DNA of 59,791 bases, the filler included. It is 7 parts of 7 records of this genome, joined end to end, with 100 filler letters (N's around TTAATTAATTAA, not from the genome) between each part and the next. Parts side by side here need not be neighbours in the genome. Positions count along the whole stretch, not along the records: positions 15,193 to 27,755 come from SRR31156797_51401; positions 27,856 to 32,942 come from SRR31156797_51404; 5 more parts are not named here. One strand, 5' to 3'. The position numbers were made by a program, and so were the translations under genes. Of this stretch, positions 17,515 to 28,021 are shown piece by piece (positions within the stretch are counted from its first letter, which is position 1; each line of letters begins with the position of its first letter). The notes beneath the pieces are model-generated. The model was given only the letters and a program-made list of their open reading frames with translations. It was not told where the DNA came from and did no database searches.

Positions 17515-18873
17515 TTAAACTCCCTGCACACTGCCCCATAGGGAATGGGGGTAGGCATGCTCGATTTTTATATCCAGGATATCTCCCGGATGGATATCTT
17601 CCCCATAAAAATGTACTATCTTGGCTGATTCAGTTCTACCGGTCATCTGGGGAAGATTGCTCTGGCTCGCATTAGAACTGTGTCTCTTTTTCTGGCTTTT
17701 ACCTTCCACAAGCACCCGCTCGCACCGACCCACAAGGGCCTGGTTCTTCTGTTCCGTCATTTTTTCCTGGAACTCGAGGAGCTCGTTGAGCCGTGCCATC
17801 TTCTCGGCCTCGTCAACGGCGTCGGAAAATTTGGCGGCCGGCGCCTGGGGCCGATCGGAATAGGCAAAGGCGAAGATCCCGTCAAACTCGACCGCTTTGA
17901 CAAGATCCATGGTCTGTTCGAAATCCTCCCGGGTCTCCGAGGGAAATCCGACGATCATATCGGATGAAAGCGCAATGCCGGGACACTCCTTCTTGAGTTT
18001 TTCGATTCTCTCAAGATAAATACCGCTGGTGTATCCCCTGTTCATCTTTTTCAATATCCTATCTGATCCCGATTGTACAGGAAGATGGAGATGGTTGCAC
18101 ACCTTGTCAAGGTCGCGGATGGCATAGATCAGCTCGTCGGAAAGATCCTTGGGATGGGAGGTGGCAAAGCGGATCCGCTCGAGGGCGGGGATTTCTGAAA
18201 TCTTTGCAAGCAGCTCGGGAAACGAGCAGATGCCCTCTTTTTTTCCATAGGAGTTGACGTTCTGGCCGAGCAGGGTCACCTCTTTGACGCCGGCATCCGC
18301 AAGGATGGAGATCTCCTCCACAATGCTCTCGGGGGTGCGGCTGCGCTCACGGCCCCTTACATAGGGAACCACGCAATAGGTGCAAAAGTTGTCGCAGCCC
18401 TGCATGATGGTGACGAACCGTGACACCTTGTCGTTGTCAAGGCAGTCAAAGTCGGGCATGGACTCGTAGATGGCGGTGGCGTCTTCGGTATCGGTAATCC
18501 GGGTCTGTCCGGACTGGATGGCCCGGATATGCCCCGCAAGGCGGGAAAAGGCCTGGGTGCCGAGCACGATGTCAAGGTGGGGAATGCGCTTAAAGGCATT
18601 CTCACCCTCCTGCTGGGCCACACAGCCCGCCATGATGGTGACGAGATGGGGTTTTGCCTTTTTTCTGGCCGGAATCCGCCCAAGAAAGCTGAACGCCTTT
18701 TCCTGGGCCTTCTCCCGGATGGAGCAGGTGTTGCAAATTACGATGTCGGCCCTGTCCAGGGAGTCGGTTTTTTCATACCCAAGGCCGTGCAGTATGGTAA
18801 AAAACTTTTCCGAGTCATAGGTGTTCATCTGACACCCGATGGTGTAGATGTATACGTATCCCTTAAACTTCAT
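17515..18873 (-). CDS. miaB: tRNA ms2i6A37 methylthiotransferase
   Basis: GCQMN..DSE, NTCSIREKA, radical SAM CDNFCTYC, GQNVNSYG, TRAM-like C-terminus. Confidence 0.95.
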   Translation of the reverse strand: MKFKGYVYIYTIGCQMNTYDSEKFFTILHGLGYEKTDSLDRADIVICNTCSIREKAQEKAFSFLGRIPARKKAKPHLVTIMAGCVAQQEGENAFKRIPHLDIVLGTQAFSRLAGHIRAIQSGQTRITDTEDATAIYESMPDFDCLDNDKVSRFVTIMQGCDNFCTYCVVPYVRGRERSRTPESIVEEISILADAGVKEVTLLGQNVNSYGKKEGICSFPELLAKISEIPALERIRFATSHPKDLSDELIYAIRDLDKVCNHLHLPVQSGSDRILKKMNRGYTSGIYLERIEKLKKECPGIALSSDMIVGFPSETREDFEQTMDLVKAVEFDGIFAFAYSDRPQAPAAKFSDAVDEAEKMARLNELLEFQEKMTEQKNQALVGRCERVLVEGKSQKKRHSSNASQSNLPQMTGRTESAKIVHFYGEDIHPGDILDIKIEHAYPHSLWGSVQGV

Positions 18874-19072
18874 TGATCATGATATCCTTTTTCAAATCCT
18901 CCATCACGGCAACCGCCTCAGGAGAACAGCCAGGAGCAATGGCAAGGCGAACAAGGCCATCTTTTGAGTCCAGGGTGGTAACAACGGCAAGGTTGTCGTG
19001 GGCCTCGAAAATAAATTTCAAAAACCCGATCTTGCTTTTATCCACCCGGTACAACTTATGAACTGTCTGCAT
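18863..19072 (-). CDS. Small conserved protein (DUF4911-like)
   Basis: IGFLKFIFEAHDNLAVVTTLD..APG pattern; overlaps the miaB start. Confidence 0.65.
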   Translation of the reverse strand: MQTVHKLYRVDKSKIGFLKFIFEAHDNLAVVTTLDSKDGLVRLAIAPGCSPEAVAVMEDLKKDIMINEV

Positions 19073-19199
19073 CCAAACCCCTTATTCGTTGATAAAATCC
19101 AAACTTGCTTTATATCACTTTCCCGGGACACTCTTCAACACAAAACTTGGATATTTTACCAACAGGGGTGACCATGGACCGACCTTGCCCGGCTCCTCA

Positions 19200-19464
19200 G
19201 GACATCAAGGACAGCGTTCAACGGGATACGCCGTTGAGATGTCGTTGATCCGAAACCTTACAATCCTGAAATTCCGATGGAAAGCACCATGGCCACACCC
19301 ACCCACAGGGCGGTCTTCATGGCGTTCAGGCAGGTCCTGATCCCGTTGTTTGCCAAGAGAGGCAGGGGATTATTGAAACAGCCGGTTGAATCCTCTGGGG
19401 TTACCATGAACATCAAGATATCGAAAAAACCGTGATTAAGTGCTGTCATTGCCGGTACCTCCAT
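19200..19464 (-). pseudogene. Possible degraded membrane transporter remnant (EamA/DMT-like) divergent from LysR
   Basis: Short ORF ending in a TM-like segment, followed in another frame by DISTAYPVER; GGAGG RBS before ATG 19449. Confidence 0.3.
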
Positions 19465-19587
19465 TTTTAATGTACAAAGTTCGCGTCAATAGAATCTTTA
19501 TTTCCCGTACTTACTTCTTGATTTTATAGTTCAGAGAGGGTAACGAGTAAAATTAAACTAACTAAGTCTATTGATTAAGGACAGCTA

Positions 19588-20559
19588 ATGTTACCAGATT
19601 TCAACCGGCTCAAGGTCTTTTACCACGTATTTGCCAACCAGAGCATCGTGGCTGCGGCGGCAGAGCTCAACATCACCCAATCCGCCATCAGCCAGAGCCT
19701 TCACAAGCTGGAGGCCGAGATCGACACCCCCCTGTTCACAAGGCTTCACAAAAAACTGGTGCCGACATTGGCCGGCACCCGGCTCTTTGCCATTGTCGAA
19801 CCCTTTGTGAAAGAGCTCGAAGTCGGCATCCCGGCCATCAAGCGGGCCAGGGAGGAGCCCCACGGCCTGCTCCGCATCGGTGCCCCCGTGGAATTCGGCA
19901 AACAATATTTTCCATCGATCTTTGCCCAGTTCAGAGACCGCTATCCCGAGGTGGTCTTTTCCCTGAAGCTCGGTCCCCCGGATATGCTGCTCTCTCTCAC
20001 GGGAAAAGGGGAACTGGACTTCGCCTTTGTGGACGTGTTTCTGACCCAGGAGAAGTTCCGGGAGGATCTGGGCATCTACAGCATGGAACCCCTGATCGAC
20101 GAGGAGGTGATCCTGGCCTGCTCCAGGGAATACCATGAAAAAAGGATCCGGGGCGACCACTCCTTTGAGAACCTGAGATCCAAGGAATTCATCTCCTGCC
20201 AGAGCCACGGCCTGGACCTGAAGAAATGGTTCAAGCACCACTTCCAGCGCTCGGAAAAGAACCTGAACATCATTCTTTCCGTGGGAAACCACCATGCATT
20301 GATCCAGGGAGTGAAGAGCAGCATGGGACTCGGGGTTATAGCCTCCCACCTGGTGTGGGACGAAATCCAGTCCGGCCGGATCGTTCCCGTCACCACCGCA
20401 ACAAACGAGGTGATCAACCGGATCTCCCTGGTTCAGCTCCAGGAAAAAGTGCCCAACCTCACGGAAAAGAGCTTTCTGGCCTTTTTTAAAAACCGGCTCG
20501 CAAATACCGAGATCCTCAAGCACTTCTCATACACCACCCGGAAGAGCAGGACCGGATAA
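19588..20559 (+). CDS. LysR family transcriptional regulator
   Basis: AAAAELNITQSAISQSLHKLE..LFTR HTH; GLLRIGAP; GELDFA. Confidence 0.95.
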   Translation: MLPDFNRLKVFYHVFANQSIVAAAAELNITQSAISQSLHKLEAEIDTPLFTRLHKKLVPTLAGTRLFAIVEPFVKELEVGIPAIKRAREEPHGLLRIGAPVEFGKQYFPSIFAQFRDRYPEVVFSLKLGPPDMLLSLTGKGELDFAFVDVFLTQEKFREDLGIYSMEPLIDEEVILACSREYHEKRIRGDHSFENLRSKEFISCQSHGLDLKKWFKHHFQRSEKNLNIILSVGNHHALIQGVKSSMGLGVIASHLVWDEIQSGRIVPVTTATNEVINRISLVQLQEKVPNLTEKSFLAFFKNRLANTEILKHFSYTTRKSRTG

Positions 20560-20653
20560 TTCGACATTTTTCACCATCGACGGCGCCGATCTAAGAATTT
20601 GACAATTCCAGACAGCACCTATATGCTTAGAATTTTTTTTCGAATGGACCGAT

Positions 20654-22366
20654 ATGGAAACAGAGTGGAAAGAAAAAAAGGCTGACCCAACCGCCGTTGC
20701 GACGCTTACCCAGGCCCTGGGATGCCATCCCGTGGTCGCGACCCTTCTTGTAAACAGGGGCATCGACACCCCGGAAGCGGCAAGGACCTTTCTCGACCCG
20801 TCCCTTGAGACCCTGGCCAAACCCTATAGCCTCAAGGACATGGACAAGGCGGTCACCCGAATCGTCTCCGCCGTGGAAAACCGGGAAAAGATCCTCATCT
20901 TCGGCGATTTTGATGCGGACGGCGTCACCTCCACCGCCATCCTGAACGACTTTTTCACCCATGTGGACGCGGAACTCACCTGGTACATCCCCCACAGGAC
21001 AAAGGAGGGGTACGGCCTGAAGCCCGAGCACATCGCCTGGGCCGCCAAGCAGTATGTGGATCTGATCATCACAGTGGACTGCGGCTCCGACAGCTTTGAA
21101 GCCATTGAAGCAGCCAGGCTCGAGGATATGGACGTCATCGTCACCGACCACCACGAAACACCCGATCCCCCTCCCCCCGCCCTTGCCCTGGTCAACCCCA
21201 AGCAAAAGGATTGCCCGTCTGGCCTTGACCACCTTGCCGGGGTCGGGGTCGCCTTCTACCTGGTCATCGCCCTGCGGATGGCCATGCGGAAAAAAGGCGT
21301 GTGGCAGGAGATAAAGGAGCCCAACCTCCTCAAAAGCTGCGACCTGGTCGCCCTTGGAACCATCGCCGACATGGTTCCCCTGGTCGCCGAAAACCGGACC
21401 CTCTCCAGGGCCGGCATCGACGTGATGCGCCAGGGAAAACGCCCCGGGCTCAAGGCCCTCTTTGATGTCTCACGGGTCGACACCGGGACGCTCGATTCCG
21501 ATGACATCGCCTTCAGGGTCGCCCCCCGGATCAACGCCGCGGGCAGGATGTCACACGCACGGATCTGCATCGACCTGCTCTGTTCCAATGACAGGAACGG
21601 CGCGGAACAGAAGGCGGCACTCCTGGACCAGCTAAACAAGAAACGCCAGCAGACAGAGCAAAGCATTGTTGCCGACATGGAACAGAGAATCGCACGCCAC
21701 CCCGAGCTTGCCGAAAGAAGCGCCCTTGTAATGTCGGACCCCTCCTGGAATCCCGGCGTCCTCGGCATTGCCGCCTCAAAGGCCGCCAAAAAATACGCCT
21801 GCCCCGTGGTGCTGATCTCCACGGCGCAATCCCCGGCAACCGGGTCGTGCAGGAGCATCAACAGCATCAACATCCACAAGGCCCTTGGACAATGCAGCAA
21901 GGTTCTGCAACGGTTTGGCGGCCATGCCATGGCGGCCGGTCTCACCATCAGGGAGAAAGACATCAAGGATTTTTCAGCCCTGTTCGAATCAGAGATACAG
22001 GCCATGATCAACGGGAAGGATATCAAAAAGACCCTGGACCTGGACTGCGCCCTTCCCATCGACACCATCACAAAGGAGCTTGTGGAACAGGTGGACCGGC
22101 TGAGACCCTTTGGCACCGGCAACCCCGAGCCCCTCTTCTACTGTGAAGACGTCACCGTGGTTCGATCGGCCATCATCGGGACCCGCCACAGAAAAATGGT
22201 GCTGGCAAAGACCGCAAACCCCACGGGCCCCACCATGGAAGCCCTTCACTTCAACATCGATAATCCCAACGACCTGCCGAACCACTTTTCAAAAATTGCC
22301 TTTCGAATACGAATGAACCGTTTCAACCGGGAGGTATCTCCCCAGATTATTATCGAGGAGGCATGA
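20654..22366 (+). CDS. recJ: ssDNA-specific exonuclease RecJ
   Basis: GDFDADG, TVDCG, TDHH, GTIAD, PRINAAGR, GGHAMAAG, PFGTGNP. Confidence 0.96.
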   Translation: METEWKEKKADPTAVATLTQALGCHPVVATLLVNRGIDTPEAARTFLDPSLETLAKPYSLKDMDKAVTRIVSAVENREKILIFGDFDADGVTSTAILNDFFTHVDAELTWYIPHRTKEGYGLKPEHIAWAAKQYVDLIITVDCGSDSFEAIEAARLEDMDVIVTDHHETPDPPPPALALVNPKQKDCPSGLDHLAGVGVAFYLVIALRMAMRKKGVWQEIKEPNLLKSCDLVALGTIADMVPLVAENRTLSRAGIDVMRQGKRPGLKALFDVSRVDTGTLDSDDIAFRVAPRINAAGRMSHARICIDLLCSNDRNGAEQKAALLDQLNKKRQQTEQSIVADMEQRIARHPELAERSALVMSDPSWNPGVLGIAASKAAKKYACPVVLISTAQSPATGSCRSINSINIHKALGQCSKVLQRFGGHAMAAGLTIREKDIKDFSALFESEIQAMINGKDIKKTLDLDCALPIDTITKELVEQVDRLRPFGTGNPEPLFYCEDVTVVRSAIIGTRHRKMVLAKTANPTGPTMEALHFNIDNPNDLPNHFSKIAFRIRMNRFNREVSPQIIIEEA

Positions 22367-22469
22367 TTTTTATCTTGAAACCCAATGGATTTTCAGCTTA
22401 TAAATAACGGACACATTGTAGTGAACTTTGATAAAATACACCAACAACGTAGAGATATAAGGACAGTCC

Positions 22470-22898
22470 ATGGCCAAGTCATTCAGTGTAGGAAACCGAG
22501 AATCAAAACTGCTTTCGAAAATTGAATCCTCCAAAACGCGGGAGCGAATCCGTGCCATCAGCGCCGTAAGGGACAATGTCGAATCCTTCAGCAACAAGGT
22601 CTCGATGAAACTTGTGGAAACGGGTCTGATCGAAACAGTCAGCAAAAACGCCATCCAGGAGCAGATCAACAAGTGCCTTGACACCCTTTGCAAGTCAGAG
22701 GACTTTGACATCGACTTCAAGATCGCTCCCTTCAGGACCCTGGTGTCCAGCCCCAACGTGGTCAGTATCTATCTTACCGCCTTCATCGTTGAGACCCTCA
22801 TCAACCACAAGGATGTCATCGATATCTTTGGCAGTGACGAAGACATCTACCATTGCATACAGAAAGAGACAGCCCAGCTCCTGGCCGGAACCCGATAG
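22470..22898 (+). CDS. Hypothetical protein
   Basis: AGGA RBS, 142 aa, codon usage like its neighbours; no motif recognised. Confidence 0.75.
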   Translation: MAKSFSVGNRESKLLSKIESSKTRERIRAISAVRDNVESFSNKVSMKLVETGLIETVSKNAIQEQINKCLDTLCKSEDFDIDFKIAPFRTLVSSPNVVSIYLTAFIVETLINHKDVIDIFGSDEDIYHCIQKETAQLLAGTR

Positions 22899-23260
22899 CG
22901 CCTGTCCCCGTGAGTGATTTCGGGATGGTATGTTCAACCTGGAAAAACACCTCCTTGTTGGAGACACCATCCCGGCCACATCCCCGTTTCAAGTAGAGAA
23001 CGTCCGACATCCCGTCCGGAAAACGGCTCCACGTTTCATCCCCGCCTCCGCGATTCAATGTAATCTCCCATTCCCGTGCCATTCGCAGCGCCGTCCCCCG
23101 ATCACCCAGGACATCGCAACCTTATTTTTCGCATCAATCCGGGAAATCGTTTTAACAACGGCGAGCGATCGCTCCGCCCTGTCGCCGATAGCGGCGATGG
23201 TCATGCCGGAACATGCGAAGCACCGGTTCAGCGTCTCCGTGATATTTTACTATTTACTGC

Positions 23261-23288
23261 TTGACTTATGAAAATAATGATATACAAT
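23261..23288 (+). promoter_or_regulatory. Putative sigma70 promoter for 23428..24024
   Basis: TTGACT-N16-TACAAT in AT-rich intergenic DNA. Confidence 0.45.
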
Positions 23289-23427
23289 AACATTACGAAA
23301 ATACAGAAAAAAAATAAGGTCCATTTTCTGAATCTATGTAAATTCGCTAAAAAACATTCAACCGGACACAAATCAAACTTTTGAATCTTTAGATAGATTT
23401 TTTTATATCGTTATTTCAGGAGGTACC

Positions 23428-24024
23428 ATGAGCGATTTCTTAAAAAATCTGAGAAGCACCCACAGGGGTTCACAGGCCCAACGAGGCTCCCAACAGAGAC
23501 CTCCGGGGCCCACCCGGAAAGAAATTGGCGAACGCTACTATTCAGGAAGCGAGCGAAGAACGATCGTTGACAGGCGGGCGCCGCTTCAGGCACAGCCCCA
23601 GCGGCAGTACAAAGAGCCTGACATTACGCAGGATTCGCTGCCCATGATCAAGGAGAACCTTGAAACAGTGGCGTCAAGCCTTGAACGGATGGCTGAAAGC
23701 CAGGAAAACCTGACCAAGGTAAAGGCCGAGCAGCACCAGGCCGTGGGCACCTTTTTCGAGAACCTGAACCAGATTCTCATGGAAAAGATCGTCCCTGCCC
23801 TGGACGCGGCAAGCGCGGCCCCAAGACCCGTCAGGAAAGGAACCACCAGCTACGCATCCGGCACCCACTACACCAAGGACGAGGTGATCGCCATCATCCG
23901 GTCCATGCGGGAGGAGAGGGCGACCTATGCGGAAATTGCCGAAGCCCTGACGGAAAAGGGCATACCCACGTTCTCCGGAAGGGGAGACTGGCATGCCCAG
24001 ACCATACACAGGCTCTGCAAATAG
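23428..24024 (+). CDS. Hypothetical protein with coiled coil and C-terminal recombinase-like DNA-binding motif
   Basis: AGGAGG RBS; C-terminus TYAEIAEALTEKGIPTFSGRGDWHAQTI. Confidence 0.7.
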   Translation: MSDFLKNLRSTHRGSQAQRGSQQRPPGPTRKEIGERYYSGSERRTIVDRRAPLQAQPQRQYKEPDITQDSLPMIKENLETVASSLERMAESQENLTKVKAEQHQAVGTFFENLNQILMEKIVPALDAASAAPRPVRKGTTSYASGTHYTKDEVIAIIRSMREERATYAEIAEALTEKGIPTFSGRGDWHAQTIHRLCK

Positions 24025-24657
24025 CTACTGCTTCCTGAAGCCCGCACCAATGATTTCAAAGGCAGTCTCGAGGGTCTGCCTTACAAAATCCTTTTCATTG
24101 TTGAGCTGACGTTTGCTGTCCACCCAGAGCACCACCCCTGAATAGGTTGCCCAGAGGATGTCGGCTAGTGCAACCGGATGTTTGTCGATAAAAACACCCT
24201 GGTCTATTCCCTCCTGGACAATGGAGGTTATTGCGCCCAAAGCGTCGGAGGACGTCTGCTTGATCTGCTGAAGCACCTCGCCGGACAGGTTTTTCAAGGT
24301 CTCCCCGGACTGGAGATGAAATAAATTGATAAGCACCATGGCGTCAAACTCGTAAACATTGATAAACGCGTCCCTCAGGGCATTGAGTTTTTCGTCGGGG
24401 CTCATATCCGTTTTATCGACATACTCCGCTATCTGTGAAGTCAGATATTTTAGGATGTCGATGGAGAGGGAGGTGTGGAGCTCCTCCTTGTTCTTGAAGT
24501 AAAGATAAAGAGTGCCGGGACTCAATTCCGCTTCCCCTGCAATCTCCTCCATGGTTGCCCGGTTGAATCCTTTGGCTGAAAACACAAGTTTTGCCGCCTG
24601 CATGATCTGTCTGCGCCGCTGTTCTTTCTCTCTTATTTTGCGCTCCTGAATTCCCAT
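24025..24657 (-). CDS. TetR/AcrR family regulator
   Basis: VFSAKGFNRATMEEIAGEAELSPGTLYLYFKNKEEL. Confidence 0.95.
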   Translation of the reverse strand: MGIQERKIREKEQRRRQIMQAAKLVFSAKGFNRATMEEIAGEAELSPGTLYLYFKNKEELHTSLSIDILKYLTSQIAEYVDKTDMSPDEKLNALRDAFINVYEFDAMVLINLFHLQSGETLKNLSGEVLQQIKQTSSDALGAITSIVQEGIDQGVFIDKHPVALADILWATYSGVVLWVDSKRQLNNEKDFVRQTLETAFEIIGAGFRKQ

Positions 24658-24764
24658 GTCTTTCCTCATCAGAGTTTGAATACGATTTATTCTGTATCAA
24701 TAGATTTATTGCATACTAGGACAGCTGAAAAATCGCAAGCAAAACTTTAAAAAAGTTTCATTTT

Positions 24765-24803
24765 AAAAAATAAAGCCCGGCCCCACGAAGTGAGGGACCG
24801 GGC
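24765..24803 (-). terminator. Intrinsic terminator after glgP
   Basis: Minus strand GCCCGGTCCC..GGGGCCGGGC stem followed by TTTATTTTTT. Confidence 0.7.
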
Positions 24804-24835
24804 CTGAAAGCATTGATAAATCTGCGTTACACGTT

Positions 24836-27265
24836 TTAAAATGATTTAATATTCCAAATATCCCGGGCATACTCCCGAATCGCCCTGTCACTTGAGAAAT
24901 AACCGATCCGTGCCGTATTGAGAAGGGATTTTTTCGCCCACTCCCGCCCCTGTTGATAGTTGCGTCCCACCCGCTCCTGGGCTTCAACATAGGAATAAAA
25001 ATCAGCCATATTGAAATAGTAATCTCCCTGGTGGACAATGGAGTCATAGAGCCGGCCGAAGAGGCCGGGCTCCCTTTTGCAGAAGAGGTCTGAATTGATG
25101 GCGTTCATCACCCGCCCAAGCCCGGGGTTATTGTCGATATAATCCCAGGGATTGTAGTGGTTTCTCATGGCATCCACCTCCTCCACGGTGAGCCCGAAGA
25201 TGTAGATATTCTCCTCCCCTACCCTGTCGGCTATCTCAATATTCGCGCCGTCAAGCGTTCCTATAGTGATAGCACCGTTCAGGGCGAACTTCATATTCCC
25301 CGTTCCCGATGCCTCCATGCCGGCGCAGGAGATCTGTTCACTCACGTCCGCCGCCGGAATGATCGCCTCGGCAAGGGTCACCCGGTAGTCCGGGATGAAC
25401 ACGACCCGAAGCCACGGATTCACCTCAGGATCGTTGTTGACCACATCGGCAATGCCGTGGATCAACCGAATGATCAACTTGGCATTGACATAGCCGGGAG
25501 CGGCCTTGCCGGCGAAAACAAAAGTCCTTGGGGAAACCGGCGTCCTGTTTTCCTCTTTTATCTCCAAATAGACATGAACGATGTTCAGAAGATTGAGCAG
25601 CTGCCGCTTGTACTCGTGTATCCGTTTGGCATGGATGTCAAAGATGGAATCCGGATCCACATCCACATAGGCGGTCTTCCTGATGATCCCTGCCAGGCGA
25701 AGCTTGTTTGCCCGCTTTACCTGGGCGAACCGGTCCAGGAACCCGGTGTCCCGGGCCAGGGGCTCGAGGTCCTTGAGCTGTTCAAGATCTTTGATCCAGC
25801 CGTCTCCAATGGCCTCCGTCACTAGCGCAGCAAGGCCGGGATTTGCCGCAAGCAGCCACCTTCTTGGGGTGACGCCGTTTGTCTTATTGTTGAACCGTTC
25901 GGGCCAGAACCGGTGAAATTCGGGCACAAGCCGGGTCTTGACAAGCTCGGAATGGACGGCTGCGACCCCGTTCACCGAATGACTGCCGACAATGGCAAGA
26001 TTTGCCATCCGGACCAGTTTCTCGTCCCCCTCCCGGATAATGGCCATGGGCTCCACCATGCCGGGATCATCGGGAAAGCGTTTCTTCACCAGGGCCACAA
26101 AGCGCCGGTTGATTTCATAGATGATCTGGAGATGCCTGGGGATGACCCGCTCCATAATGGAAACCGGCCAGGTTTCGAGGGCTTCGGGCAAAAGCGTATG
26201 GTTGGTGTAGCCAAGGGTGCGTGTGGTGATCTCCCAGGCATGATCCCACCCGACCCCATGACCGTCAACAAAAACCCGCATCAGTTCAGCCACCGTCAAA
26301 GCGGGATGGGTGTCATTGAGCTGAATGGCCACCTTGTCTGAAAATTGATCAAACCCTTTATGATGCTTGAGATAGAGCCGGATGATGTCGTGGACGGAAC
26401 AGGCCACCAGAAAATACTCCTGGACGAGCCTGAGCTCCCTGCCGGCCTCCTGGGAATCCGAGGGATAGAGAATCTTGGAGATGGATTCAAACTGTATCTT
26501 CTCCTCCACCGCCCTGAAATAGTCGCCTTCGTTAAAGACCTGCATGTCAAAACGCTCACCGGCCCAGGCGGAAAAGAGCCGCAGCCGGTTGACGGTCCTG
26601 CCGCCGTAGCCCGCCACCGGAATGTCGTGGGCCCTTCCGATGATGAGCTTCCAGTCGATCCACATGGGATTGTACCCGCCGTCCCTGTCCTCCGAGATCT
26701 CAATCTTGCCGTAAACCGGCACCATGCACCGCTCACCCGAACGGGCCAGCAGCCAGGGAGAAGACCGGTTTGGCCAGAAATCGGGATTTTCCCGCTGGGC
26801 GCCTCCCATGATGCTTTGCTTAAAAAGCCCGTAATCGTAATTGATGCCGTAGCCGAACCCCGGCATGTCAAGGGTTGCCAGGGAGTCGAGGAAACAGGCG
26901 GCAAGCCGCCCCAATCCCCCGTTGCCAAGGGCGGGATCAGGTTCCTCCGCCATAAGCTCGTCAAGATCCATGCCCATGTTTTTGAGGATTTCCCGGCATT
27001 GTTCCTGGATCCCCAGGTTGATGAGGTTGTTGGACAGAAGCCTTCCCGGCAGAAATTCAATGGAGAGGTAATGCATTCTCTTGACATCGCTCTGCTTGTA
27101 CCGCTCTTCCGTGTCCATGGCAATATCGATGAGCATCATCCGGACAGCCGAAGAGACGGCCTTGAACAGATCCCGCCTGGTGGCGTCCTCGAATCGCTTG
27201 CCAAGCACATAACGGACAAAACGGTGTATGGACTCCTCAAACCCTGAAAGCGCTATTTGATCCAT
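24836..27265 (-). CDS. glgP: Glycogen/maltodextrin phosphorylase
   Basis: LGNGGLGRLAACFLDS, QLNDTHP, KRIHEYKRQ, EASGTGNMKF (PLP lysine). Confidence 0.97.
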   Translation of the reverse strand: MDQIALSGFEESIHRFVRYVLGKRFEDATRRDLFKAVSSAVRMMLIDIAMDTEERYKQSDVKRMHYLSIEFLPGRLLSNNLINLGIQEQCREILKNMGMDLDELMAEEPDPALGNGGLGRLAACFLDSLATLDMPGFGYGINYDYGLFKQSIMGGAQRENPDFWPNRSSPWLLARSGERCMVPVYGKIEISEDRDGGYNPMWIDWKLIIGRAHDIPVAGYGGRTVNRLRLFSAWAGERFDMQVFNEGDYFRAVEEKIQFESISKILYPSDSQEAGRELRLVQEYFLVACSVHDIIRLYLKHHKGFDQFSDKVAIQLNDTHPALTVAELMRVFVDGHGVGWDHAWEITTRTLGYTNHTLLPEALETWPVSIMERVIPRHLQIIYEINRRFVALVKKRFPDDPGMVEPMAIIREGDEKLVRMANLAIVGSHSVNGVAAVHSELVKTRLVPEFHRFWPERFNNKTNGVTPRRWLLAANPGLAALVTEAIGDGWIKDLEQLKDLEPLARDTGFLDRFAQVKRANKLRLAGIIRKTAYVDVDPDSIFDIHAKRIHEYKRQLLNLLNIVHVYLEIKEENRTPVSPRTFVFAGKAAPGYVNAKLIIRLIHGIADVVNNDPEVNPWLRVVFIPDYRVTLAEAIIPAADVSEQISCAGMEASGTGNMKFALNGAITIGTLDGANIEIADRVGEENIYIFGLTVEEVDAMRNHYNPWDYIDNNPGLGRVMNAINSDLFCKREPGLFGRLYDSIVHQGDYYFNMADFYSYVEAQERVGRNYQQGREWAKKSLLNTARIGYFSSDRAIREYARDIWNIKSF

Positions 27266-27379
27266 GGTTCTCTCCTGCTTTTAAACAAGTAAAGAGAAAG
27301 GAATTATAGCCCCTCGCGTATGAACAGAACCCATTCTTTGTTACAACAGGCAGCAGGTATCAATTGGAGCGCAAAATCG

Positions 27380-27755
27380 TTACGCGGGAGAACACTCCTC
27401 AATAAGCTCATTCCGATATCTTGAGACAAAAAGATCGACCCCGTGGCGCCATCCGGTCATGCGATTTATCTCGCCCCGTTTGAGTCGTGCGTTGTCAAGG
27501 ATCGAATTGCCCGGTCTGGTCGCGGGGGTGGGATACTCGGCTGTGGTGCAGGGGGCGATGGTATGCCTGACATCCATTTTTTTCAGGAAATAGGCGGCAA
27601 GCTCGTACCAGGAACAATACCCCTCCGATGTGGCATGGTAGATTCCCTGGCCCTTTACCATCACAAGTTTTTCAAGCTGCAGGGCCAGTCTCAGGGTCCA
27701 GGTGGGGGAACCGAACTGGTCATTCACCACACGGATGGTTCGATCGGAATCCCCA
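27380..27755 (-). CDS. rfbD: dTDP-4-dehydrorhamnose reductase, C-terminal part (contig edge)
   Basis: VNDQFGSPT, GIYHAT..CSWYE, YPTPATRP. Confidence 0.9.
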
Positions 27756-27855
27756 NNNNNNNNNNNNNNNNNNNNNNNNNNNNNNNNNNNNNNNNNNNNT
27801 TAATTAATTAANNNNNNNNNNNNNNNNNNNNNNNNNNNNNNNNNNNNNNNNNNNN
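27756..27855. other. Artificial contig linker
   Basis: N-TTAATTAATTAA-N. Confidence 0.99.
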
Positions 27856-27885
27856 CGGTGGCTCTTCCAACTGAGCTATGGGCCC
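27856..27885 (-). tRNA. 5' half of a tRNA cut by the contig end; anticodon not visible, resembles tRNA-Ile2/Met(CAT)
   Basis: Minus strand GGGCCCA TA GCTC AGTTGGAA GAGC C ACCG gives the acceptor 5' strand, D-arm and start of the anticodon stem; lies downstream of rpoD. Confidence 0.8.
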
Positions 27886-28021
27886 GCAATATGCATGCCA
27901 CTAAAAACACCTCCCCGCTCGTCAGGAGCGGGTGCCTGATTCAGCGACAGGCAATTCTTACAGAATGATCATCCAGCGAAAATTTGTCAAGGAAAAAGCG
28001 GCCCAACCCCATGGGTCGGCA

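Noticed and set aside
22930-23271. 113-aa ORF or ncRNA in the long intergenic region
   Set aside because: No clear RBS or protein motif, and only one short hairpin; not enough support.
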